Shown here: positions 1 to 9,789 of the stretch, piece by piece
How the letters are laid out: every line of letters begins with the position of its first letter
Numbering within the stretch: position 1 is the first letter of the stretch
Source of the DNA: an uncultured Clostridia bacterium
Lineage (GTDB): Bacteria > Bacillota > Clostridia > TANB77 > CAG-508
NCBI GenBank assembly: GCA_934162365.1
Contig: CAKPIK010000001.1
Span: forward strand, 341,501 to 405,500
Length of the DNA: 64,000 bases
Direction: 5' to 3'
The notes under the pieces: model-generated
Told to the model about the DNA's origin: nothing
Databases searched by the model: none
The model's input: the letters and a program-made list of their open reading frames with translations, nothing else
Made by a program: the position numbers and the translations under genes

Positions 1-2783
1 ATAATAAAATAAATTTAAGAGAAATTTTAGATAGTGTTGAAACTTTAATAATGACAGGAGATGATTTTGAATATATATTTAAAGATGAAAGTATTGGTGA
101 TGAATTTATTCATATATATAATATGTACGCATCAGGAGATTTTAAATATGAGGTTATTGAAAGTTTTTTATTAGCTAATGAAGAATACATTAATAAAGAA
201 AATCTTATTTTAATATTAGCAAGAAATATACAAATTCAAATAAATACTATAAATGAGATGGAAGAAAACTTAAAGCTAGTTGGAACAATAGATAATAAAG
301 ATGCAAAAGAAAAAGCAATCACAGATGATGCAATAAAAAGAAGAAAAGCAATACTTGAAAAATCAATTAAATTAATATCATCAAAATGGAAAGGACTAAA
401 TACTATTTTTACTTTTTATAAATATGATGAAAAAAACAGACAATACTTTGTGGATGTTGTAGATTCTAGAGAAATAATAGATAGAAAAAAGATAAATGCA
501 AATAAAAATAAAAAAAGATTTAATGAAATAAATGCAACCTTTGTTGAAGAAGGCAAAGACGAAGAGAATATAGGAATTCAATACTTGTTACAAATATTAA
601 ATTTAAATGATTTTAAACAAGCTTTTATAAATGAAAGTTTTTATACTAATATCATAAGAGTGGCTTATAACAGAAAAATAGCAGATGTCAAAGGAATAAG
701 TAGTAAAGAAGCACAAATTTTTTCTCAAAATGATAAGGAAGAATGTTCAAAGCTTATTACAGAAATGAGATTTGATAATTATGCTCCATATATGGAAAAA
801 ATTTTGGAAGAATTAATAAAATATGTGGATTTTGATAAATTATTATTAATTACAGCATATAGACTTGAAACAGGATTGGAACAAATAGCATCTGAAAAGA
901 AGACAGAAGGATATAAAGCAATAGTAGAAGCTATAGCTGAGAATATTGAAGATAAAGAAAAAATAGTGACATATATTATAGAATGTGAAAATAAAGATAA
1001 ACAAATAGTTGAGGTTGAAAAAGAGTTATCTTATAAAAAATTGGAAAAATTTTTAGGGAGATTTGCAAATGATCAATATATATCTCAATCAACGGCAAAA
1101 GGATATAGAGAAGAAGTTGACAATAAAGAAAAAAATTTTTACGATTTACCAAATGAATATATAGATATAATTTTTTCCACTAGAGAAATAGAAGAAAGAA
1201 TAAGCTTAAGTGAAGAAAATTTCATGTTTGCAATTGAGAAATTTAATTGGGATAATATGAAAATAATTGAAAATCTGAATGAATATGGTATACCATCAAT
1301 TGAATTTATAAGTAGATTGATTGCTTTAGATAAAATAAATTCAACAGATGTTTGTAATCTATATTTTGAAGGTGTTTTAAATTTAGAAGATTTAAATAAA
1401 ATGGCTGCAGTGTTGGATTTATCTGATATTATTAATTCAAACATATTAAATGAACAATACAAAAAAACTATTCAAAGTAATTCAACAGAAGAAAATACTA
1501 AAACTTATAAGAAATATTTAAATTTATATAAAAGTATGTATGTTGATGGAAAAGATGAAGAAGAAAAAGAAGCTTTGTCTGAAGAGATAATAGAGTTAAT
1601 TATGGAAAATAATACAAATGATAATAAAAAATTATATTTAGCAGCCCTAGAAAACTATTTTGAAAATGGAATAATAACATTAAATTCGGTAATTCATTGG
1701 GGAGAAATGTTATTAGATTTAAATGAAGAACAAATAGTTATGATACTTTATAAAGATGGATTAATAAATGTAAAAGATGTACAAAATTTAATTGTCAATA
1801 AAGAATTAGACTTTGAATTTTTTTCTAGATTAGTTTTAAATGGACAAATAAATAAAGAAGAAATAATAAAAATTGCTTTTGAAGGATTAATTAGTGAACA
1901 AGATATTACAAAATTGTATAAAAAAGGAATATTATCAGACGAAATAATAAAACAATTAGAACAAAAAAATATAATAAGTAGTAAAAGAGCTAAAAAGATA
2001 TTAGATAAAGTATCTGAAAAAGAATTACAAGAAGCTGAATGGATTTTAGGTGGAGATTTTGAAAAAGTAAGTTCAAAAAATGGAATAAGTTCTAATATTT
2101 ATTATGGAGAAGGTAACGAAGGTTATAAACAAACCTTTAAATTTATTATACATCCAAATGAAAGAGAAAAATTATTTGAATTAATGGGAGCGTATAAAAA
2201 GACTAAGAATATCAATGTTAATGAATCAAATCCATTTTATAACTATGATTTTTATTTAATACCAGATGAAGAAGATGGAATAAAAGGAAAAAATAGTATA
2301 GTTATTGCTGAAAGAATATATGAGGATAAAAATACACAAGATAGATTTGCAGTAGATAATGCAACATATTTCTTTTACTATAAAGATATTCCACAAGTTA
2401 TTCGTGGAGCTTATAGAAACAAAGGAAAAGCTTTGGAAGAAATGGAATCACAGAAAATAATTAAACATAGAGTTAATCATTTTATATTAGATGAACAAAG
2501 AAATGGACATTGGGCGTTAGGTGTATTATTTAAAGCGGCATTAATGATGAGTGAAGATGATGAAATCTTTAGTAAAGAAAAAGCTGAACAAAAGACCGAA
2601 GCACTTAGAGTATTATTTGAAAAATACTCAGATGATGAGCTAAAGGAAATTTTTAAGCAACAAGAAAGAATAGATAATACTGATGAATGTTTATATGAAA
2701 TATTAGAGTGCTTAGGAAATGAAGAGCATAATAGTGATAATGATGACAAAGATGATAAATATACTGAAGATATTATATTATAG
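1..2783 (+). CDS. large hypothetical protein, 5'-truncated by window edge (about 926 codons visible)
   Basis: ORF track 51..2783. The same frame has no stop back to nt 3, so ATG 51 is probably internal. Glu/Lys/Asn-rich with recurring short Ile/Leu-rich segments. No family recognised. A hairpin terminator follows. Confidence 0.55.
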   Translation, partial: NKINLREILDSVETLIMTGDDFEYIFKDESIGDEFIHIYNMYASGDFKYEVIESFLLANEEYINKENLILILARNIQIQINTINEMEENLKLVGTIDNKDAKEKAITDDAIKRRKAILEKSIKLISSKWKGLNTIFTFYKYDEKNRQYFVDVVDSREIIDRKKINANKNKKRFNEINATFVEEGKDEENIGIQYLLQILNLNDFKQAFINESFYTNIIRVAYNRKIADVKGISSKEAQIFSQNDKEECSKLITEMRFDNYAPYMEKILEELIKYVDFDKLLLITAYRLETGLEQIASEKKTEGYKAIVEAIAENIEDKEKIVTYIIECENKDKQIVEVEKELSYKKLEKFLGRFANDQYISQSTAKGYREEVDNKEKNFYDLPNEYIDIIFSTREIEERISLSEENFMFAIEKFNWDNMKIIENLNEYGIPSIEFISRLIALDKINSTDVCNLYFEGVLNLEDLNKMAAVLDLSDIINSNILNEQYKKTIQSNSTEENTKTYKKYLNLYKSMYVDGKDEEEKEALSEEIIELIMENNTNDNKKLYLAALENYFENGIITLNSVIHWGEMLLDLNEEQIVMILYKDGLINVKDVQNLIVNKELDFEFFSRLVLNGQINKEEIIKIAFEGLISEQDITKLYKKGILSDEIIKQLEQKNIISSKRAKKILDKVSEKELQEAEWILGGDFEKVSSKNGISSNIYYGEGNEGYKQTFKFIIHPNEREKLFELMGAYKKTKNINVNESNPFYNYDFYLIPDEEDGIKGKNSIVIAERIYEDKNTQDRFAVDNATYFFYYKDIPQVIRGAYRNKGKALEEMESQKIIKHRVNHFILDEQRNGHWALGVLFKAALMMSEDDEIFSKEKAEQKTEALRVLFEKYSDDELKEIFKQQERIDNTDECLYEILECLGNEEHNSDNDDKDDKYTEDIIL

Positions 2784-2790
2784 AATAAAA

Positions 2791-2819
2791 AGATACATAT
2801 ATAAATATGTATCTTTTTT
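2791..2819 (+). terminator. rho-independent terminator
   Basis: AGATACATAT-ATAA-ATATGTATCT perfect 10-bp stem followed by a T5 run. Confidence 0.7.
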
Positions 2820-2889
2820 ATGCAAAAATTTGACTAATTAATTAAAAAGATATATTATATAAAACATATGAGCAAATTTGGAGGAGTAA

Positions 2890-3444
2890 ATGAAGGAAGA
2901 ATATTTAGAATTATTAAAAAGTATAAACAGAGAAGGAATAGATGATTTAATAAAGTTTATAGAAAGTACAGATTTTTTCAAAGCACCAGCTAGTACAAGA
3001 TTCCATGGAAATTTTGAAGGGGGACTTTTAGCACATAGCTTAAAAGTATATGAAATATTAAAAGAAAAATTAAAACATACACCTGTGGAAATGAATATAA
3101 ATGACGATACTGTAAAAATAGTAGCATTACTTCACGATATATGTAAGGTTAACTTTTACAAAGTTGATTATAGAAATGCAAAAAATGAATTAGGAGTGTG
3201 GGAAAAAGTTCCATATTATACAATAGAGGACACAATACCTTATGGCCATGGAGAAAAATCTGTAATGATGATTACAGAATATATGAAATTAACAGTAGAA
3301 GAGAAATATGCAATAAGATGGCATATGGGATTATCAGAACCCAAAGAAGTTTATGGAACAATTTCAGCAGCATTTGCCAAATATCCATTAGCTCTAATGC
3401 TATTTGAAGCTGACCTAGAATCTACATATTTATTTGATATATAG
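2890..3444 (+). CDS. HD-domain phosphohydrolase
   Basis: His...His-Asp signature: HGNFEGGLLAHS and ALLHDICK. GGAGG-like RBS (tttggaggagtaa) precedes the ATG. Confidence 0.75.
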   Translation: MKEEYLELLKSINREGIDDLIKFIESTDFFKAPASTRFHGNFEGGLLAHSLKVYEILKEKLKHTPVEMNINDDTVKIVALLHDICKVNFYKVDYRNAKNELGVWEKVPYYTIEDTIPYGHGEKSVMMITEYMKLTVEEKYAIRWHMGLSEPKEVYGTISAAFAKYPLALMLFEADLESTYLFDI

Positions 3445-3471
3445 TTTAAAATGTATAATGGAGGTTACAAA

Positions 3472-3867
3472 ATGAAAAAAGAAAAATCATGTGGATGTAT
3501 TATTTTAAATAATAAAAATCAAATATTACTTATTCTTCAAAATGCTGGACATTGGGGATTGCCTAAGGGACATGTAGAAGAAGGAGAAACAGAGGAACAA
3601 ACAGCAATAAGAGAAGTGAAAGAAGAAACCAATGTTGATGTAATAGTAAATACAAATTTGAAATACAGGATGGTATATAATCCAAAAGAAGATGTAGAAA
3701 AAGAAGTTATATATTTTATTGCAAAAAACACAAGTAACGACTGCAAGCCACAATTAGAGGAAGTTCAAGAAATGAAATGGCTAGACATCGATAATGCAAT
3801 AAATACAATAACATATGAAAATTCAAAAGATTTATTAAAAAAAGTAAAAAAAGATTTAAATTTATAA
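3472..3867 (+). CDS. NUDIX hydrolase
   Basis: Nudix box GHWGLPKGHVEEGETEEQTAIREVKEETN. GGAGG RBS upstream of ATG 3472 (the track ORF starts at 3451). Confidence 0.85.
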   Translation: MKKEKSCGCIILNNKNQILLILQNAGHWGLPKGHVEEGETEEQTAIREVKEETNVDVIVNTNLKYRMVYNPKEDVEKEVIYFIAKNTSNDCKPQLEEVQEMKWLDIDNAINTITYENSKDLLKKVKKDLNL

Positions 3868-3882
3868 TTGGAGGTAAAGATT

Positions 3883-4326
3883 ATGTTAAAAGAAAAATTA
3901 ATGGAAGATTTAAAAAACTCAATGAAAGAGAAAAACGTTGTAAGAAAAAATGTTATACAAATGGTAAGAGCAGCAATACTTCAAATAGAAAAAGATAAAG
4001 GAATAGAAGTAGATGATAATAAAATCCTAGAAATAATTGCAAAAGAAGTAAAGACTAGAAATGACTCTTTAGAAGACTTTCAAAAAGGTGGAAGAGAAGA
4101 TTTGGTAGAACAAGCAAAACAAGAAATTGCAATTCTTTCAGAATATTTACCAAAACAATTAACAAAAGAGGAATTAAAAGAAAAAATAATGAATATAATA
4201 AATGCAATAGGAGCCACTTCAATAAAAGATATGGGAGCAGTAATGAAAGAAGCAAAAGCACAAATAGGAACAGCAGCAGATGGAAAATCAATTAATGAAG
4301 TGGTTAGAGAGTTATTAAATTCTTAA
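3883..4326 (+). CDS. yqeY: GatB/YqeY domain protein
   Basis: N-terminus MLKEKLMEDLKNSMKEKNVVRKNVIQMVRAAILQIEKDK is typical of YqeY. GGAGG RBS before ATG 3883. Confidence 0.8.
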   Translation: MLKEKLMEDLKNSMKEKNVVRKNVIQMVRAAILQIEKDKGIEVDDNKILEIIAKEVKTRNDSLEDFQKGGREDLVEQAKQEIAILSEYLPKQLTKEELKEKIMNIINAIGATSIKDMGAVMKEAKAQIGTAADGKSINEVVRELLNS

Positions 4327-4421
4327 AATAAAGTTAAAGTTGTTATAAAATTTAAGTTGCAGAATATAATTAATAATGATATAATGACACTATTGTTAAA
4401 TTAGAAAGGATGATTAAACTT

Positions 4422-5003
4422 ATGAAAATATGCGTATATGGAGCAGCAAGCAGTGAGATAGATAAATGTTTTGTCGAAGTGGGAGAAGAACTTGGAAGAA
4501 AAATGGCAGATAGAAATATAGGACTTGTATTTGGTGGTGGACGTAATGGTATGATGGGAGCAGTTGCAAGAGGAGTTGCTCAAAATGGTGGAGATATATT
4601 AGGAATATCACCAAAATTTTTTGAAGAAAACAATGCAGAAATTTCTTTCCCAGAATGTAGTGAATTTATACATACAGATACTATGAGAGAGAGAAAAAGA
4701 TTATTAGATGAAAAATCAGATGCATTTATTATTACACCAGGTGGAATAGGAACATTTGATGAGTTCTTTGAAATATTAACTTTAAAACAATTAGGAAGAC
4801 ATAATAAAGCCATTGTAATATTTAATATAGATGGATATTTTGATAATATGTTAAAAATGATGCAAAAATCAATAGAAAGAAGATTTATAACAGAAGACTG
4901 TATAGAACTATATAAAGTAGTAACATCAGTAGAAGAAGCATTAGACTATATAGAAAAATATGATCCTACAGATATTGATATAAGCAAAGTTAAAATAAGA
5001 TAA
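4422..5003 (+). CDS. LOG family (TIGR00730) nucleotide phosphoribohydrolase-like protein
   Basis: GGGRNGMMG and PGGIGTFDEFFE motifs. Confidence 0.8.
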   Translation: MKICVYGAASSEIDKCFVEVGEELGRKMADRNIGLVFGGGRNGMMGAVARGVAQNGGDILGISPKFFEENNAEISFPECSEFIHTDTMRERKRLLDEKSDAFIITPGGIGTFDEFFEILTLKQLGRHNKAIVIFNIDGYFDNMLKMMQKSIERRFITEDCIELYKVVTSVEEALDYIEKYDPTDIDISKVKIR

Positions 5004-5046
5004 AAATTTAAGAAAGAATTTATAAAAAATTCTTTCTTTTTTATTA

Positions 5047-5105
5047 TTGACATTAAAAAAATTAAAGAATATAATAGAATATATGAACAAATATTCATAT
5101 ATTCT
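5047..5105 (+). promoter_or_regulatory. sigma-A promoter plus ArsR/SmtB-type operator
   Basis: TTGACA (5047-5052), 17-nt spacer, TATAAT (5070-5075). A perfect 12-6-12 inverted repeat follows directly: AGAATATATGAA-caaata-TTCATATATTCT (5076-5105). Confidence 0.6.
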
Positions 5106-5126
5106 ATTAATTTTTTGGGAGGAATT

Positions 5127-5477
5127 ATGGAAGATATATGTGAAATAAATACTATACACCAAGATATAGTAAACAATGTTAAAAATGTTATGCCACAAGA
5201 TGATTTAATATATGATTTGGCAGAATTTTATAAAGTCTTTGCAGATTCAACAAGAATGAAAATTATATATGCACTAATGGAAAACGAATTGTGTGTATGT
5301 GATATAGCAGCAATTGTTGGAACTACACAATCAGCAATATCGCATCAACTTAGAATATTAAAACAAGCTAAATTGGTAAAATATAAAAAAGATGGAAAAG
5401 TAGTATATTATAGTTTAGATGATGAGCATATTGCAGAAATAGTTAAGAAAGGTCGTGAACATATTGAAGAGTTATAA
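5127..5477 (+). CDS. ArsR/SmtB family metal-sensing repressor
   Basis: ELCVCDIAAIVGTTQSAISHQLRILKQAKLV winged-HTH with a CVC metal site. Overlaps the start of the downstream ATPase gene. Confidence 0.85.
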   Translation: MEDICEINTIHQDIVNNVKNVMPQDDLIYDLAEFYKVFADSTRMKIIYALMENELCVCDIAAIVGTTQSAISHQLRILKQAKLVKYKKDGKVVYYSLDDEHIAEIVKKGREHIEEL

Positions 5478-7530
5478 ATTTTTATTACAAAATTTAGATT
5501 GCGCAAACTGTGCAAAGAAAATTGAAGACAAAATTGCTTCAAAATCAGAATACAAAGAAGTAATAGTTAATTTTTCTACTTTAACTTTATCATTTAAAAC
5601 AGATAAAGAAAAATGTGTAGAAGAAGATATTAAAAAAATAATAAAAGAAATAGAACCAGATACAGTTGTTATATCAAAAGATAAAAAACAAATAGAGCAA
5701 GTTCAAAGGAATAACAAAGATATAATTAGATTATTTGTAGGTTTAGCAATATATGGATTAAGTGTATTATTAAAGCAACAAATAATAATAAGCTATATTC
5801 TATTGGTAATTTCAGCAATAACACTTTTATATAGAACAGCAATAAAAGCATACAAACAATTAAAAGGAAAAATATTAGATGAAAATACCTTAATAATTGT
5901 ATCTGTAATTGGTGCTTGCCTAGTTGGAAAAACTATGGAAGGAATCATGGTTATAACTTTATATGAAATAGGAAAAATTCTAGAAGCAAGAGCTGTAAAC
6001 AAAACAAGAAAATCAATTTCAAGTTTGATGGATATAAAACCTGAGTACGCAAACTTAAAAATAAGTGAAGAAATAAAACAAGTTAGTCCAGAAGAGGTAA
6101 AAATAGGAGATTTAATAGTTATTAAAACTGGAGAAAAAATCCCATTAGACGGAGAAATAATATCTGGAAATGCTAAGATAAATAATTCAGCTTTAACTGG
6201 TGAAAGTAGATTAATAGATTCAATGGTAGGAGATAAAGTATTATCAGGAGGAATTGTTTCAGAAGGATTAATAGAAATAAAAGTTGAGAAAACTTACGAA
6301 AATAGTACAGTAGCTCAAATTTTAAATTTAGTAGAAAATGCAACAGATAAAAAAGCAAAAACAGAAACAACAGTAAGTAAATTAGCTAAAATTTATACAC
6401 CAGTAGTATTCGTTTTAGCAATACTTGTAGCAGTATTTATGCCATTAGTTATACAAAATGTAACATATTCAGATAGTATATATAAAGCACTAACATTCTT
6501 GGTAATATCTTGCCCATGTTCAATAGCAATATCTGTACCACTTAGCTATTTTAGTGGAATTGGAAAAGCATCTAAAAGAGGAATATTAGTAAAAGGCAGT
6601 GACTATTTAGATGGATTTAAAGATATTGGAGAAGTGATATTTGATAAAACAGGAACAATTACAACAGGTAACTTTAATGTAAGTAAAATTCAAACTTTTG
6701 ATGATGAATATTCAGAAAATGATGTTTTAGAATTATTTGCAATTGGAGAAAGTTTTTCAAATCACCCAATAGCAAAATCTATAATAAATAAATTTGAAAA
6801 AGAAATAGATGCTAGTAAAGTTAAAGAATATAAAGAAATTTCTGGAAAAGGAATTGAGTACCAAATAGATGGTAAAAAAATAAAAATAGGAAATAAAAAT
6901 TTCGCAGGAGAACAAACAATAAAAGAAGACAAAACAGGTACAAACTTATACTTAAATGTAGACGGAAAAACAGTTGGTAGTATAATTCTATCAGACGAAA
7001 TAAAACCAGATGCAAAAGCAGCAATAGAAAGATTAAACAAATTAGGAATAATCACAAAAATGTTTACAGGTGATTCAAAAGAAATTGCTTTAGAAATTGC
7101 AAAACAAGTTGGAATATCAAAAGTAGAATATGAAATGCTTCCACAAGATAAATACTCAAAATTAGAAGAAGAAATAAATGGTAATAAAACAAACAAAAAA
7201 ATATCATTTGTTGGAGATGGAATAAATGACAGCCCAGTTTTAGCAAGAGCAGACATAGGAATATCAATGGGAGGAATAGGATCAAGTTCTGCAATAGAAG
7301 CATCAGATGTGGTAATAATGACAGATGAATTATTAAAAATAACAGAAGGAATACAAATTTCTAAAAAAACAAATAGAATAATAAAGCAAAACTTAATATT
7401 TGCAATTGGAGTAAAAATACTTGTTTTATTATTAAGCATTCTAGGAATAGCAACAATGTGGCAAGCAGTATTTGCAGACGTTGGTACAACATTAATCACA
7501 ATATTAAATACAATTAGAATATTAAAATAG
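5455..7530 (+). CDS. heavy-metal (Cd/Zn/Co-type) translocating P1B-type ATPase
   Basis: N-terminal metal-binding CANC, transmembrane CPC, DKTGT phosphorylation site and GDGINDSP hinge. Confidence 0.9.
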   Translation: MNILKSYKFLLQNLDCANCAKKIEDKIASKSEYKEVIVNFSTLTLSFKTDKEKCVEEDIKKIIKEIEPDTVVISKDKKQIEQVQRNNKDIIRLFVGLAIYGLSVLLKQQIIISYILLVISAITLLYRTAIKAYKQLKGKILDENTLIIVSVIGACLVGKTMEGIMVITLYEIGKILEARAVNKTRKSISSLMDIKPEYANLKISEEIKQVSPEEVKIGDLIVIKTGEKIPLDGEIISGNAKINNSALTGESRLIDSMVGDKVLSGGIVSEGLIEIKVEKTYENSTVAQILNLVENATDKKAKTETTVSKLAKIYTPVVFVLAILVAVFMPLVIQNVTYSDSIYKALTFLVISCPCSIAISVPLSYFSGIGKASKRGILVKGSDYLDGFKDIGEVIFDKTGTITTGNFNVSKIQTFDDEYSENDVLELFAIGESFSNHPIAKSIINKFEKEIDASKVKEYKEISGKGIEYQIDGKKIKIGNKNFAGEQTIKEDKTGTNLYLNVDGKTVGSIILSDEIKPDAKAAIERLNKLGIITKMFTGDSKEIALEIAKQVGISKVEYEMLPQDKYSKLEEEINGNKTNKKISFVGDGINDSPVLARADIGISMGGIGSSSAIEASDVVIMTDELLKITEGIQISKKTNRIIKQNLIFAIGVKILVLLLSILGIATMWQAVFADVGTTLITILNTIRILK

Positions 7531-7546
7531 AACTATGAAAAACTAT

Positions 7547-7583
7547 GGGGAACCAAAAAGGGTCAGACCACTTTTGGTTCCCC
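7547..7583. repeat. palindromic repeat copy 1 (also a bidirectional terminator-like hairpin)
   Basis: GGGGAACCAAAAAGGGTCAGACCACTTTTGGTTCCCC with a 12-bp stem GGGGAACCAAAA/TTTTGGTTCCCC. A related copy lies at 9016-9054. Confidence 0.7.
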
Positions 7584-7590
7584 ATATAAA

Positions 7591-8181
7591 TTATAAAATA
7601 TATCTTCGATTTTTTCTTATTACTTTGTCATTTTCTTTAAATTCCGGATATGCTTGTTTATATATGCTAAAGTAACCTCCATCCTCGCCTTTTAAATATA
7701 TTTTGTCATTCTCTATTTTATCAACTATATATTTACATCCTTCTTCCTGATTTAAGTTAAAATATAATTCCTCTAGCTTATTCATTGCTGTTTTGTTTTT
7801 TATGGTTATTTCTTTATTATATATTTCACAATTTTTACCCTTTAATATTACATTTGTTCCTAAATCTATATTATAAAATGATTTCTCAGATGTTCCATAT
7901 ATATTCTCAAATATTTTATTATTTTTTAAATACTCAAAATCTTTTTGAGATTTTGCAATAAATATATCAAATTCATCTCCATTTGATATATTTACTAAAG
8001 TAAGTCTTTCATTTTTTCTATCTTTTACAACACATATACTTTCATCTTTACCTATATTATTCCTTATTGGATTATTATTTTTTATAAATTCTTCTAATTG
8101 ATCTATAAAAGTTTCCATTTCTTTTTCTCTTGAAGGTTGGTTTTCTTTATTTAAATCATTTTGTAATTTTTCTAGTTCCAT
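7591..8181 (-). CDS. hypothetical cytoplasmic protein; possible inhibitor/immunity partner of the upstream nuclease
   Basis: 196-aa ORF lying 14 nt downstream of the nuclease gene on the same strand. No signal peptide and no recognised domain. Confidence 0.5.
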   Translation of the reverse strand: MELEKLQNDLNKENQPSREKEMETFIDQLEEFIKNNNPIRNNIGKDESICVVKDRKNERLTLVNISNGDEFDIFIAKSQKDFEYLKNNKIFENIYGTSEKSFYNIDLGTNVILKGKNCEIYNKEITIKNKTAMNKLEELYFNLNQEEGCKYIVDKIENDKIYLKGEDGGYFSIYKQAYPEFKENDKVIRKNRRYIL

Positions 8182-8195
8182 TAATTCTCCTTTTA

Positions 8196-8948
8196 TTAAT
8201 TATTCTTTAATGAACTTTCACCTGTTTTATAGTTTATTTCTATTCCTGGTTGAACATTATACACATATACGTTAAAACATATTCCATTGCCATTATCTTC
8301 TATAGATTTGGCTTCAATATTTACCCCACTTGCTACTAAATTTTCATCTTTAAATATCGGAGTTACTCTATAAAGCACATGATTTTTAGTTGTTCGGATA
8401 TAATCTGCTACTTGATTTTCAAATGGCAACATTCCTTCCACATTTAAGTATCTAGTGCCAGTTATTAAATTTTCTTTATTTGCATTTTCAGCTGTAAGTT
8501 GATAACCTATTAAATGACATCTGTTATATAGATACTTTCCATCTACAATATCATATTTTACACTTTTCCATCCACTTGGTTTTACATTGCTTATTGATTC
8601 TCTTTCTTTAGTCGGCATTGTATCTATGCCAACTTTAGCAAAGGCTTTTGTACATCTTCCTAAATAATCTAAATCTCCATATTGTTCAACTGGATTAATA
8701 TTTTCATCTTCTTTTGTAAAAAGAGGCTCATTATTATTTATAATAATATATGGTTTATTAGAATATTCAGGAATACTTGATAAATCAAATGAAACTTGTG
8801 ATATCTCATTATTGGAATTTGTTTGTTGTACTTGAGTGTTAGTAAAATAATAAGTAATAATACTAAATATTAATAAAATTAAGATATATATAATTCTTCT
8901 TTCAATATTTTTTATACTTTTCCTTCGTGCCATTTCTGCCTCTCTCAT
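8196..8948 (-). CDS. membrane-anchored DNA/RNA non-specific endonuclease (Endonuclea_NS_2-like)
   Basis: N-terminal TM helix IIYILILLIFSIITYYF, then a nuclease core with YNRCHLIGYQL...ENLITGTRYLN. The likely start is the second ATG (8933), behind a GAGAGG RBS. Confidence 0.7.
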   Translation of the reverse strand: MREAEMARRKSIKNIERRIIYILILLIFSIITYYFTNTQVQQTNSNNEISQVSFDLSSIPEYSNKPYIIINNNEPLFTKEDENINPVEQYGDLDYLGRCTKAFAKVGIDTMPTKERESISNVKPSGWKSVKYDIVDGKYLYNRCHLIGYQLTAENANKENLITGTRYLNVEGMLPFENQVADYIRTTKNHVLYRVTPIFKDENLVASGVNIEAKSIEDNGNGICFNVYVYNVQPGIEINYKTGESSLKNN

Positions 8949-8966
8949 ACATTTAATTTATAATTA

Positions 8967-8994
8967 TTATACAAATTTTATATTAATTGTCAAG
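8967..8994 (-). promoter_or_regulatory. sigma-A promoter of the nuclease operon
   Basis: On the minus strand: TTGACA, 16-nt spacer, TATAAT. Confidence 0.5.
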
Positions 8995-9015
8995 GTTTAT
9001 ATGTTTATAATTTTA

Positions 9016-9054
9016 GGGGGGACCCAAAGGGGGTCTGACCATTTTTGGTTCCCC
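9016..9054. repeat. palindromic repeat copy 2
   Basis: GGGGGGACCCAAAGGGGGTCTGACCATTTTTGGTTCCCC. Its 3' 23 nt match copy 1 at 21/23 positions. Confidence 0.65.
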
Positions 9055-9134
9055 TAACAATTTATTTAATCTTGACAAGAGAATTTATTTTGATATAATA
9101 ATGATGCTAAATAGAAAATATAGGAGGTAATATA

Positions 9135-9674
9135 ATGGAATTAAAAGGAACAAAAACAGAGAAAAATCTAATGGATGCTTTTGCAGGTGAATCTCAAGCT
9201 AGAAATAAATATACATATTTTGCAAGCAAAGCAAAAAAAGAAGGTTATGAACAAATTGCTGCAATTTTTCAAGAAACAGCAGACAATGAAAAAGAACATG
9301 CAAAAATGTGGTTTAAATTATTAAATGGAGGACAAGTTCCAAGCACAGTAGAAAATTTAAAAGCAGCAGCCGAAGGAGAAAACTTTGAATGGACAGATAT
9401 GTATGATAGAATGGCCAAAGAAGCTAAAGAAGAAGGATTTGATCATATAGCATATTTATTTACAGAAGTTGCAAAAATAGAAAAAGAACATGAAGCAAGA
9501 TATAAAAAATTATTAGAAAACGTTGAAGGAGACTTAGTATTTTCTAAAGACGGAGATAGAATTTGGAAATGTAGAAATTGTGGACATATAGTAATAGGAA
9601 AATCAGCTCCAGAAGTATGCCCAGTTTGTAACCACCCAAAAGCATATTTTGAAATAAAAGCAGAAAATTATTAA
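9135..9674 (+). CDS. rbr: rubrerythrin
   Basis: Ferritin-like ExxH repeats ([16 protein letters not shown]) plus a C-terminal rubredoxin CRNCGH...CPVCNHP. Confidence 0.9.
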   Translation: MELKGTKTEKNLMDAFAGESQARNKYTYFASKAKKEGYEQIAAIFQETADNEKEHAKMWFKLLNGGQVPSTVENLKAAAEGENFEWTDMYDRMAKEAKEEGFDHIAYLFTEVAKIEKEHEARYKKLLENVEGDLVFSKDGDRIWKCRNCGHIVIGKSAPEVCPVCNHPKAYFEIKAENY

Positions 9675-9789
9675 AAAATAAAAACATACTAAAAAAGTGA
9701 AACTATGTTTCACTTTTTTATTTATTTTTTCATAAATAAAAAGTACAAGCATATTATTTATTATACTAAAAACAAAAGGAGAGTAAAAT

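Noticed and set aside
6762-7499. Long antisense ORFs in the track: 6762..7499, 18348..18983, 33706..34347, 48881..49423, 47280..47684, 38369..38773 and others.
   Set aside because: Each lies wholly opposite a gene with strong family motifs and lacks an RBS. They have the Ser/Phe/Ile/Leu-rich composition expected from the antisense of AT-rich coding DNA.
9060-9134. A PerR/Fur-type box in the rubrerythrin promoter.
   Set aside because: The AT-rich sequence around TTGACA-17-GATATAAT gives only a poor, unconvincing match to the TTATAAT-N-ATTATAA palindrome.
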